Below are positions 9,034 to 17,162 of a stretch of 23,638 nucleotides of DNA, in pieces; within the stretch, counting starts at the first letter, position 1; every line of letters starts with the position of its first letter. A model generated the notes under the pieces. That model did not search any database, had not been told where the DNA came from, and saw only the letters and a list, made by a program, of their open reading frames with translations. A program made the position numbers and the translations under genes. The DNA is from Promethearchaeia archaeon (lineage in GTDB: Archaea; Asgardarchaeota; Lokiarchaeia; Sigyniarchaeales; SOKP01). Location: NCBI GenBank assembly GCA_029856045.1, contig JAHQWG010000038.1, forward strand, positions 1 through 23,638, given 5' to 3'.

Positions 9034-9951
9034 TTGGTCAAATCAACAACAAGAAAAGGTATCCGCAGAGAGATATTTTCACCAGAAGATATAAAAAAAA
9101 TACCAAGTCTTTCAAATCAAAGAATTTTGGGATATATAAATGACTTAATAAGATTTCTTAATAAGAAAATTGGTTTAGATAATATAAAATCAATTATTTT
9201 ATTTGGAAGTATTGTCAATGCTAATGATGTTTCTAAGATTTCAGACTGCGATTTACTAATAATCTTATCTGACGATATTTCAGATGCCAAAATCAATTCA
9301 TTAGAAAAATATTTCTTCGAATTAGAGATCAAACACAAGTTAAATATTAAGCCAAATGATTTTTTGGGCTCTATACTCAAAATTATTGAAAAATCTACGG
9401 GAATGTATGTATCTCATTTTGTAACAAGAAAATCTCACTGGTTAGCACAAAAATTTGCCAAAGTTTTTCGAGTAAATAGAATTTTTGCTTTTTTATTCGC
9501 TCCGAGAAATATTGTATTAAAAAATATGATTAATTCCTCAATTATTCTTTTAGGAGAAGATTTACGATATATTGATGATGAAATTTCCATTGATTCATTT
9601 GGAATGATTAAAAGTATTATTTTAAATTTAGTTATTTCAATTTTCTCAATTGGATTTGGTTTAATTTATAAAAATACTTTAAAATATGAATTAGAAGCAA
9701 TAAAATGGTCATTAAAGGCATCAAATTTTTATTTATTTAATGATTCTTGCGAACTTAATAAAATTATTAAACGTTTTGTAAAATTAAGTAATAAAAGTAA
9801 TTCATTATTCTCTTTTTTCAATAGATTTATATATTTAAGAAATCATCCAACTAAAACTAGTTTTGGATATTCTTTCCTTACACCAATAAATATATTAAGA
9901 ATTCATAATTTGGGATTGTCGTATAAAAAACTAATTAAAGATAAAAAATAA
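9034..9951 (+). CDS. Pol-beta superfamily nucleotidyltransferase-domain protein
   Basis: IILFGS...SDCDLLII (hGS-x-DxD) motif followed by a helical, partly hydrophobic C-terminal region. Confidence 0.75.
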   Translation: MVKSTTRKGIRREIFSPEDIKKIPSLSNQRILGYINDLIRFLNKKIGLDNIKSIILFGSIVNANDVSKISDCDLLIILSDDISDAKINSLEKYFFELEIKHKLNIKPNDFLGSILKIIEKSTGMYVSHFVTRKSHWLAQKFAKVFRVNRIFAFLFAPRNIVLKNMINSSIILLGEDLRYIDDEISIDSFGMIKSIILNLVISIFSIGFGLIYKNTLKYELEAIKWSLKASNFYLFNDSCELNKIIKRFVKLSNKSNSLFSFFNRFIYLRNHPTKTSFGYSFLTPINILRIHNLGLSYKKLIKDKK

Positions 9952-10044
9952 TATGATTATTAAATAATTACAAATTTATAGATTCAAATTTTTATTATAA
10001 TTAATACAGCTTGAACTAATTAAATAACTCCTTGGGATGAATTA

Positions 10045-10587
10045 ATGTCCAGAATTGGTACAAATTTAAAAGATATATATCTAGAAATTTTATCGCATGT
10101 AAAGTTTGAATTAGAATTTCATAAGGACAAAGAAAATCCAATGTTTGAGAGGATTATGAAAACCAGACGATTTCAGCAAAAATTACAAAATTTAAAAGAA
10201 TTCATATTCGAATATTATGATCTTCTATATAAAGATAAAGAAAACCCAGTTACTAGGGCCGCTCTTAAAGAGCAGCTCAATAATCTCTCTCGCTTAATCA
10301 ACTACTATGATGATCTCAGTAATTTCTATGATGATTTGGTGCTTGGAAAAATAACAAAAGAAAAATTTAAAGATATAATCAACTATAGTCATATTCAGTT
10401 ACTTTTTTTAATTCTAACTTCAATATTGGACTGGGAACACTATAGAAACTCTTTTATTTTCCCTGAAGATAAAGAGAAAGAGAAAAATTTAAAACAATTT
10501 CTAACTAAAGTAGCTTCTGAGGAGATTAAGAGTATTGATGATATTTTGGATTTAGAACAAAAAATTTTCCAAAATTTAAAGGTTTAA
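10045..10587 (+). CDS. Hypothetical alpha-helical protein
   Basis: 180-aa ATG-started ORF with protein-like composition; no recognisable motif. Confidence 0.65.
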   Translation: MSRIGTNLKDIYLEILSHVKFELEFHKDKENPMFERIMKTRRFQQKLQNLKEFIFEYYDLLYKDKENPVTRAALKEQLNNLSRLINYYDDLSNFYDDLVLGKITKEKFKDIINYSHIQLLFLILTSILDWEHYRNSFIFPEDKEKEKNLKQFLTKVASEEIKSIDDILDLEQKIFQNLKV

Positions 10588-10595
10588 ATTCAATT

Positions 10596-12881
10596 TTAAA
10601 AAATTTTAAAATCTTCTTCCCTTAATTTATCATATTCGTCAAATATTAAACCAATTTTGTTTAGAAGTTTTTTAACAATTTTTTGTTTACCTTTATGAGC
10701 CTGCATTGTATCTAAGATAATTTGTTCAATATCCGCCTCATATTCACCAGTTATCGCAGAAATTTTCTTAAATTCTTTTTGACTGATACCTAAGGTATCC
10801 AATTCACTTAAAATTTGAGTCATATTATCTTCTAATTTTTGAGTGGCACTTTTAGCTTTCATACTTTTATCATGCAATGACTCAATAGTTTCAAGATACT
10901 TTTTATCTTCTTCAGAAAGCTCTATCTCTTGAATATTATAACCCTCAATACGCTCTTTTAAAAGTAATTCCACACGATTGTATATTGCTATTGCTCTTTT
11001 AACATCTAATAACACAGCGAATAAGTCGTATTTTCTTTTTAAACGTGCTTCACATATCCACAAATAACCATCATCATATAGAGTTTTAAGTTTACCTAGG
11101 CTACTAATTTCCCACTCATCAATTGATAACATTAATTGGGTTTTATCTATCTCTATCTCTTTTCTTCGCTCTTGTGAGATATTTTCTTTAGATAATTCTT
11201 TTTGAACCTTTTTATAGTCTTGTTTAAGGAGAATTGCTTTTAATTTGAGAATATGAGCCTTATTTTCAATATTGGTAATACTTCTCCTTTCACCCCTTAT
11301 CTCACAAAAGGAAAAAATATCTATTGCCTCATTTAATAAAGATATAAATTTTTTTACATTTGATTCAAAGTAGAATCTTAAATCATATACTTTCTGCAAT
11401 GCTCGATCAATTTGAATTTCTAATTCAAATATATAGTCAATTAATGATGTTTGTTTTCTTTCTGATAATATTTTTGATTTTTCATCCATATCCTTAACTA
11501 GAGATTTAAGAGATAACGCCCAACAAATTCCTCCAGGAATCCAAAATAATATTGCGATAATCATCATATTATAGACACTTCCTAATAATTGTATTAAAGT
11601 AAAGGAAATAAGGAGAGTGATACCTTTTCCAGTTTGTTCTGAAAGACGAAATAGGGATGCAGTTGTACCTTTATGCTCGGGTAAATTAACATCAAACATT
11701 ACAGCATTTCTATTTGCAATGGGTCCCGCACTTAAAGTTGATCCAATCAATGCAAAAATGAAGAAAATTATATAGGAAGGATAGTTAACAAATATTGCTC
11801 CAACAGCAATAAAAATATACTGGCTTGTTTGTTCAACTGGAATTGGTTCGGGAATATTTAAAGAAGTTACAAATTCAGAATTTAAAGGCCTTAACATTAA
11901 AAATGCAATTAGACATAATGGAACTGTTGTAATCATACAAAAAACCGCCAATCTAACACGGTTTTTACGATTCCTTCTAAATAATGTATCGCTTAACCTT
12001 GAAAGGAGCATATTTCCTAAAATATATCCAATCCCAACTAAACCTCCAAAAATTGTTGCTGTTTGAATACGTATAGCGGCTGGCAATACATTAAAAAAAG
12101 ACTGGGATAACATAGAAATTAAAAAATATACAATTATCGTTCCAGGGATAATTGCGAAAAATCCTTGTATTATTAGATATTTATTTGTATTTTTTTGTAT
12201 AATTTGTGTTAATTCACTTTTAGAGATCTTATAAACATATTCTAATTCATATTGGGATAAATCTAATAATTCTGCCTCGCTGGCACCTCGTTGTGGAAAG
12301 TCTACAAAAAATAATATGAAAGTAACTATAATGCTAATTAATGAGAGAAGGATGAAGGGAAATTTCCACCCAAATCCTAATATGTTTAAAGGTCCTAAAA
12401 ATGAAGACAAACCCTGACCAACACCGTTAGATACACTAGAAAGAATAGCAATTGTTCCAAACCAACCAGAACGTTCATCTGGTGGAATAATATCTGATAT
12501 AATAGAGTATCCTACTGGTAAAACACACCCCAAACCAAAACCACTTAAAATTCTGGAAAAAATTAATACCCCAAAATATTCACTTGTTCCAGTAAGAAAC
12601 ATTCCAATCGTCCAAGCAAAAGCCCCAGCTAATAAAATTTTTGACCTATTTATTCTATCAGTGTAATAACCCCAAAGTAGGGCAAAAAGAGCACTAACCA
12701 GCACAAAAAAAGCATCTGGAATTGCAACAAGTGAATCATCAATGTTAAAATATTCTTTTATTACACCATAACTTGGTATGAGCATATTCGCACAAGCAAC
12801 GGAAATAAATAAAAGTATCATAATTAAAATTACGGGAATTAATTGCGAACCCCTAATTTTAGTAATAGGAATATGAGTCAC
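10596..12881 (-). CDS. MFS transporter (spinster-like) fused to a ~300-aa soluble helical C-terminal domain
   Basis: MFS motif A-like WGYYTDRINR, SRILSGFG, ISDIIPPDERSG, and second-half LSDTLFRRN; about 12 TM segments, then a charged helical tail. Confidence 0.85.
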   Translation of the reverse strand: MTHIPITKIRGSQLIPVILIMILLFISVACANMLIPSYGVIKEYFNIDDSLVAIPDAFFVLVSALFALLWGYYTDRINRSKILLAGAFAWTIGMFLTGTSEYFGVLIFSRILSGFGLGCVLPVGYSIISDIIPPDERSGWFGTIAILSSVSNGVGQGLSSFLGPLNILGFGWKFPFILLSLISIIVTFILFFVDFPQRGASEAELLDLSQYELEYVYKISKSELTQIIQKNTNKYLIIQGFFAIIPGTIIVYFLISMLSQSFFNVLPAAIRIQTATIFGGLVGIGYILGNMLLSRLSDTLFRRNRKNRVRLAVFCMITTVPLCLIAFLMLRPLNSEFVTSLNIPEPIPVEQTSQYIFIAVGAIFVNYPSYIIFFIFALIGSTLSAGPIANRNAVMFDVNLPEHKGTTASLFRLSEQTGKGITLLISFTLIQLLGSVYNMMIIAILFWIPGGICWALSLKSLVKDMDEKSKILSERKQTSLIDYIFELEIQIDRALQKVYDLRFYFESNVKKFISLLNEAIDIFSFCEIRGERRSITNIENKAHILKLKAILLKQDYKKVQKELSKENISQERRKEIEIDKTQLMLSIDEWEISSLGKLKTLYDDGYLWICEARLKRKYDLFAVLLDVKRAIAIYNRVELLLKERIEGYNIQEIELSEEDKKYLETIESLHDKSMKAKSATQKLEDNMTQILSELDTLGISQKEFKKISAITGEYEADIEQIILDTMQAHKGKQKIVKKLLNKIGLIFDEYDKLREEDFKIF

Positions 12882-13241
12882 CTATTTGTGTCAAAGAAAT
12901 ATTAGAAAAAAAAATGATTATTAGTAATTAAAAAGAAGACCTATTTAAAGAATTAAATGAAAAAGGTGTAATTAAAACAGACCTATATTGGTAGTGGCCA
13001 ATTAAAAAATTTGGAGATAAAATCGATTTTTAAAAACAGAATCGAATCTTAGAATTAATAGTTTTCTGTTAAAATAGAGCTAAATGTAAATATCGAATGT
13101 AATTATCTTTATATTAAGAAAATTGATTAATTTGTTTCGATTTTATATTTATGCATTGTGAGTTTTGAAAAAATTTATTTGAAATAAATAACAATTATAG
13201 TTAAATCTAAAAAGAGAATTAATTATTTAAAGTCTATTTCT

Positions 13242-13313
13242 GGGCCTGTGGATTAGTGGAAGATCGCTTGCTTGGCATGCAAGAGGTCACGGGTTCAATT
13301 CCCGTCAGGTCCA
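13242..13313 (+). tRNA. tRNA-Ala(GGC), CCA not encoded
   Basis: Acceptor GGGCCTG/CAGGTCC with the G3:U70 Ala identity pair; anticodon arm CTTGC-TTGGCAT-GCAAG; T-arm ACGGG-TTCAATT-CCCGT; discriminator A; followed by a T-tract. Confidence 0.96.
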
Positions 13314-13320
13314 TCTTTTT

Positions 13321-13341
13321 GTAATATCACTGTGATATTAC
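13321..13341. repeat. Perfect inverted repeat GTAATATCAC-T-GTGATATTAC
   Basis: 10-bp arms with a 1-nt spacer, flanked by T-tracts, immediately downstream of the tRNA. Confidence 0.85.
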
Positions 13342-13536
13342 TTTTTAGCTAAAACAATAAATTAATTATTAACTATTAAATATAAAATATCTATAAAAAA
13401 AGAGTTGAATGAAATCAACTAAATTTTTTATTTAAATAAGAATAAAATATGATCTGTACATCCTAAAAAATTATAGATTATAAATTTAGGAGAGACATAA
13501 TTTTTAAAAATAATAAAGTTAAATATAGAATGAGCA

Positions 13537-14514
13537 ATGCTAGAAGAAGTAAATTCACACCGAAATATAATTGATTATATTTTTCTATTACGTTTTATGA
13601 AGTTCTCTAAATCAGGTCTTATTAAGTTATTTCAGAGCCCGACAATGGAGATCTCTCGCTTTAAATCCTTGAATAAAGATAAGTTAACAAAGATCCTGCT
13701 ATATAAAAAGAAGCAAAGTTTAGATCATTTCAATAAAATTTCAAATCTATATGATTTCAATCCAAATGATAAGGAATACTCTGAATTGGAAAAAATGGTA
13801 AAATATTGCATACAGAGAAATATTAAAATTTTAACCCCTTTTGATAAAAATGTTCCTAAATTGTTTCAAATATTGCAGCCAGAAAAGCGCGATTTAATCT
13901 TTATCAAGGGACAAATTGCTGATATTGATTTAAAATCTTATTCTATTTGCGGATCTCGAACACCAACAAAAGATGCAATGATTAAAACCCACCAAATTGC
14001 GGGATTTTTAGCTAAGTATAAATTCACTCTTATAAATGGATTTGCTAAAGGTATAGATATTGAGGCTTTTTTAGGAGCTCATAAGCAAAATGGGAGGTAT
14101 ATAGGTATCTTAGCATCCGGTGTTGAGAATGTTTATCCTTCTGATAATAGGCAATATGAACAATTGGTTATTAAAAATGGCGCACTAATATCACAAAGCT
14201 TTTTATGGAATCGCGTCACTAAATTCACGCTACAAATGAGAAACCGACTTTCTGCACAATTATCATTAGGTAGCATCTTTATTGAAGGCAGTTATAAATC
14301 GGGAACGAAATGGCAGTATAAGTTTGCAAAAGAAGCTAAGCGTTTAGTATTTTATTTAGAGCCAAAAAATTGGGATCATGAAAATGCACATGTTTTAAAG
14401 ATTGTTAAGGATGGGGGCGGAATTGAAATAAAAAATGATCTAAGTAATATCAAAAATATTGTTGATGTTCTAGAAAAGGAGAATTTTAAGAGGATGGAGG
14501 TTTTTAACGATTAA
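13537..14514 (+). CDS. dprA: DprA/Smf-like (SLOG-fold) DNA-processing protein; candidate ShosA-like antitoxin
   Basis: SICGSRTPT, INGFAKGIDIEA, ILASG, GALISQ, RNRLSAQLS, EG..KSGT motifs. Lacks the C-terminal winged-helix extension of many competence DprA proteins. Confidence 0.88.
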   Translation: MLEEVNSHRNIIDYIFLLRFMKFSKSGLIKLFQSPTMEISRFKSLNKDKLTKILLYKKKQSLDHFNKISNLYDFNPNDKEYSELEKMVKYCIQRNIKILTPFDKNVPKLFQILQPEKRDLIFIKGQIADIDLKSYSICGSRTPTKDAMIKTHQIAGFLAKYKFTLINGFAKGIDIEAFLGAHKQNGRYIGILASGVENVYPSDNRQYEQLVIKNGALISQSFLWNRVTKFTLQMRNRLSAQLSLGSIFIEGSYKSGTKWQYKFAKEAKRLVFYLEPKNWDHENAHVLKIVKDGGGIEIKNDLSNIKNIVDVLEKENFKRMEVFND

Positions 14515-15229
14515 GCAAATTAAATTTAATTTTGGAATATTTACATATAAAGAAATTATTATTAATTCAATTCCACTTATTAAAGGGAGATTCACTCTAA
14601 ATATAACACCTAACCGTCCAGATGAATTTAGAAGACCTTTCTGGTTTTATGATTTAACATTAAAACTTAAAATTGATGATGTTATTTCTTTGGGAGCATA
14701 TTATCCTCAAAGGAATTTTGATAATGATTCAAAAAACGCTCCTAATCTAAAATATCCCGCATTATCGAACATAGTGTTCTATTCTAAATCCGGACCATTG
14801 CATAGAGAGCCAAAGATTTTTATAAGAACATCTAGAGAGCAACAATTGAGAATAATTTCAAATTTTTATGCTAATTATTTAAAATCTATAATTGGATCAT
14901 TAAATTATGATGAAATAATTCCTGTACCTGCTAAATTAGAGTATTCTTTTAACTCAGTTGAAATAATTAGTAAGGAATTTAGCAATATTTTCAATATTCC
15001 AATGAATTTAAGTAGGATAAATCGAACATCTGATTATGAAAAGGAATACTCTATAAATTGCGATAATAATGATTTAGAACAGATAAGAATATTATTAATA
15101 GATGATATTATTACCGACGGAAAAACTAAGGAAAAGATCTGCTTTAGATTGAATGAAAAGGGTTGTAATGATATAGATATGATAACTCTCGCAAGAACAG
15201 ATCATAATATTTACGAGTATGATGGGTAA
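14507..15229 (+). CDS. Type I phosphoribosyltransferase-domain protein (ComF/ShosT-like); probable non-canonical start (ACG 14507 or ATT 14510)
   Basis: IIPVPAK and PRPP-binding RILLIDDIITDGKT, C-terminal ITLART. The frame is open upstream of the track's TTG (14690) back to the dprA stop, where GGAGGT (14496-14501) precedes ACG-ATT. Confidence 0.8.
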   Translation, partial: TIKQIKFNFGIFTYKEIIINSIPLIKGRFTLNITPNRPDEFRRPFWFYDLTLKLKIDDVISLGAYYPQRNFDNDSKNAPNLKYPALSNIVFYSKSGPLHREPKIFIRTSREQQLRIISNFYANYLKSIIGSLNYDEIIPVPAKLEYSFNSVEIISKEFSNIFNIPMNLSRINRTSDYEKEYSINCDNNDLEQIRILLIDDIITDGKTKEKICFRLNEKGCNDIDMITLARTDHNIYEYDG

Positions 15230-15715
15230 AGATCTAATTTTATAGCTTAATGAAAATCATTTAATATCACTCATTGGGTTTTAAGATAATAGACTTTTAG
15301 AGATTTTAGAAATAGTATTAATTTTCTCAACAGCTGAGAGAGATTAAGATATATCATATTTCTGTCGGAATTTAACAGGAGCAATATAAATTTTTATTTT
15401 ATTCTTTTATAAAAACCCGAGAAAATTTTGCATTCATAATTTCTCTTTTTTTGTTTTGGGAATCTCTATCGCTTTATATATTTTCATGTATGCGAGTTCA
15501 CGATCGCCTTTAATGCCATTTATTAATTTCAGATAATCAATATGCAGGTTAGGTGATTGAAAATTTTTAATATTTTTCTCTCTTTGCTCATATATTTTAT
15601 AGCTCCTCAATTATCTAGAGGCACAATCTAATATATTTTTTTTCAGCTGACGAAATTGAACGAAGAAAGTAATTTTTCTCCTTTAGCAATACAAATGATA
15701 AAAAAACAGTTTTTT

Positions 15716-15734
15716 CTATGTCGTAACGACATAG
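15716..15734. repeat. Perfect inverted repeat CTATGTCGT-A-ACGACATAG
   Basis: 9-bp arms with a 1-nt spacer, ending 8 nt before the att-like repeat. Confidence 0.85.
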
Positions 15735-15742
15735 GTTTGGGC

Positions 15743-15759
15743 CAATTCCCATCAGGTCC
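15743..15759 (+). repeat. attR-like duplication of the tRNA-Ala 3' end
   Basis: CAATTCCCATCAGGTCC versus tRNA CAATTCCCGTCAGGTCC; followed by GCCA and a T-tract. Confidence 0.75.
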
Positions 15760-15813
15760 GCCATTTTTAATTACATTATCTTCGCCTTTATCAGATTTTT
15801 TTCCAAAATAAAT

Positions 15814-15891
15814 CTATGTAGATCTAACAATAAAATTTAAATATATGGAATTCTTTTTATAAAGTAAGTTATACTATGTATTTTCAACAAT
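15814..15891 (+). promoter_or_regulatory. Promoter of the 2TM-PadR operon with two repeated operator-like boxes
   Basis: CTATGTA-N5-AACAAT at 15814-15831 and 15874-15891 (60 bp apart), flanking TATA-like TTTAAATATA (15836-15845). Confidence 0.55.
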
Positions 15892-15925
15892 TAATTTAAT
15901 ACAAAAATATAAATTGTGAAGAAAT

Positions 15926-16447
15926 ATGGATGTTAGTTCTAAGTTTTCTGAAGAGAGTTTAAGAAAAATCGCTGAAGAAAAGATAAATTATAGAATATCG
16001 GTTAGAATCCATTTAACTGCTTTCATATTGGTGAATGCACTACTTTTATTTATAAATCTCTTAACACTTCCTAATGAGTTATGGGTATTTTATCCATTTT
16101 TTGGATGGTTAATAGGATTAAGTGTCCACACTGTTGGATACATTTTATATGCACAGGGAGTATATCCTATGGCGAAAAGAGGTTTTATATTTAATTTAAC
16201 TGCTTTTCTCTCAACAATGTTATTCTTATTTCTTATCAATATTTTAACTCTCAGTTCGTATTTATGGGTTTTTTTCCCAGCGTCTTCTTGGGGATTTGCT
16301 TTGATTGTACACCTAATTATTTACTTGCTATATTATAGACAATCAATAACTAAATCTGATGAAAGAATATCGAAAAAAGAAATGGCTATTGAAAAAGAAC
16401 TTCAAAAAATGAAGATTAAATTAGAAAAAAAAAGAAGTACGTTGTGA
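15926..16447 (+). CDS. 2TM-domain membrane protein (two tandem 2TM units)
   Basis: Repeated pattern HLTAFILVN..LWVFYPFFGW..GLSVH / NLTAFL..LWVFFPASSWGFALIVH, with a C-terminal IEKELQKMK. Confidence 0.82.
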   Translation: MDVSSKFSEESLRKIAEEKINYRISVRIHLTAFILVNALLLFINLLTLPNELWVFYPFFGWLIGLSVHTVGYILYAQGVYPMAKRGFIFNLTAFLSTMLFLFLINILTLSSYLWVFFPASSWGFALIVHLIIYLLYYRQSITKSDERISKKEMAIEKELQKMKIKLEKKRSTL

Positions 16448-16454
16448 GATGTAG

Positions 16455-17114
16455 ATGTGGTTTGGGAAATTCTTAGATATCAAAGACCAAGTAGACGCAG
16501 AAACTTCTGAATTTAAGAAGAAACTATTTGCTGATATTAAAAAAGATAAATTGACTCCCCTAGAATTCTCGATACTAGAGAATATTTTCAACCATGAAGA
16601 GATTTCAGGTTATGACCTTATTCATTATTTGAATGAACACTTTGCAGGGACATGGGAGGCCAAATCAGGGACTATTTATCCAATTTTGTCCAAATTAAAA
16701 ACTCAAGGTTTTCTAAAAACAAGAACTGTTAAAAGTCCAATTGGACCTTTGAAAAAACTTTATCAATTAACAGAAGCTGGAAAAGAAATTTTGAAGGGAA
16801 AGGTAAATCAACATTTCTTAGATCAAATAAAATTCATGGAAAATTTTTTAAATGAATTAATATCGATTTATATTCATTCATTTCCAGAAGAGGAGCATAA
16901 AGATAAAATTTCTGAAGTTCAGGATTTAATAAGAAAAACATTTGAAAATATTGCTAAGAAGATTCACTTAATAGTTGCATTTAAAGAGATATGCCCAAAA
17001 TGTAAAAACGAGATTGAAAGAAAAGTGGCTTTTTGTCCGCATTGTGGAGAACCTATGTATTCAGATAAATCAGAACGTTTACATTCAGAAAATGAGAATG
17101 AGGCAAAAACGTAA
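16455..17114 (+). CDS. PadR-family transcriptional regulator with C-terminal zinc ribbon
   Basis: SGYDLI, GTIYPILSKL, KLYQLTEAGK, then CPKC...CPHCG. Confidence 0.9.
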   Translation: MWFGKFLDIKDQVDAETSEFKKKLFADIKKDKLTPLEFSILENIFNHEEISGYDLIHYLNEHFAGTWEAKSGTIYPILSKLKTQGFLKTRTVKSPIGPLKKLYQLTEAGKEILKGKVNQHFLDQIKFMENFLNELISIYIHSFPEEEHKDKISEVQDLIRKTFENIAKKIHLIVAFKEICPKCKNEIERKVAFCPHCGEPMYSDKSERLHSENENEAKT

Positions 17115-17162
17115 TTAAATAAAACAAATTTATTTTTACGACTTAATTTTATTTTTTAATTA

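Larger units (their letters stand above)
13296..15759. mobile_element. tRNA-Ala-integrated genomic islet (no integrase visible) carrying dprA-like + PRTase genes
   Basis: Direct repeat CAATTCCCRTCAGGTCC at 13296-13312 (within the tRNA) and 15743-15759, 16/17 identical. Confidence 0.7.

Noticed and set aside
3147-9380. Short antisense ORFs within DUF1847, PAC2, fadH and the NTase
   Set aside because: Fully nested opposite confident genes; no independent evidence.
12890-13240. Short GACCTAT repeats and AAAATCGATTTT palindrome in the MFS-tRNA intergenic region
   Set aside because: Too short and AT-rich to distinguish from chance.
13314-15742. Intact provirus or autonomous integrative element
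   Set aside because: No integrase, replication or structural genes in 2.4 kb; only an islet or remnant is supportable.
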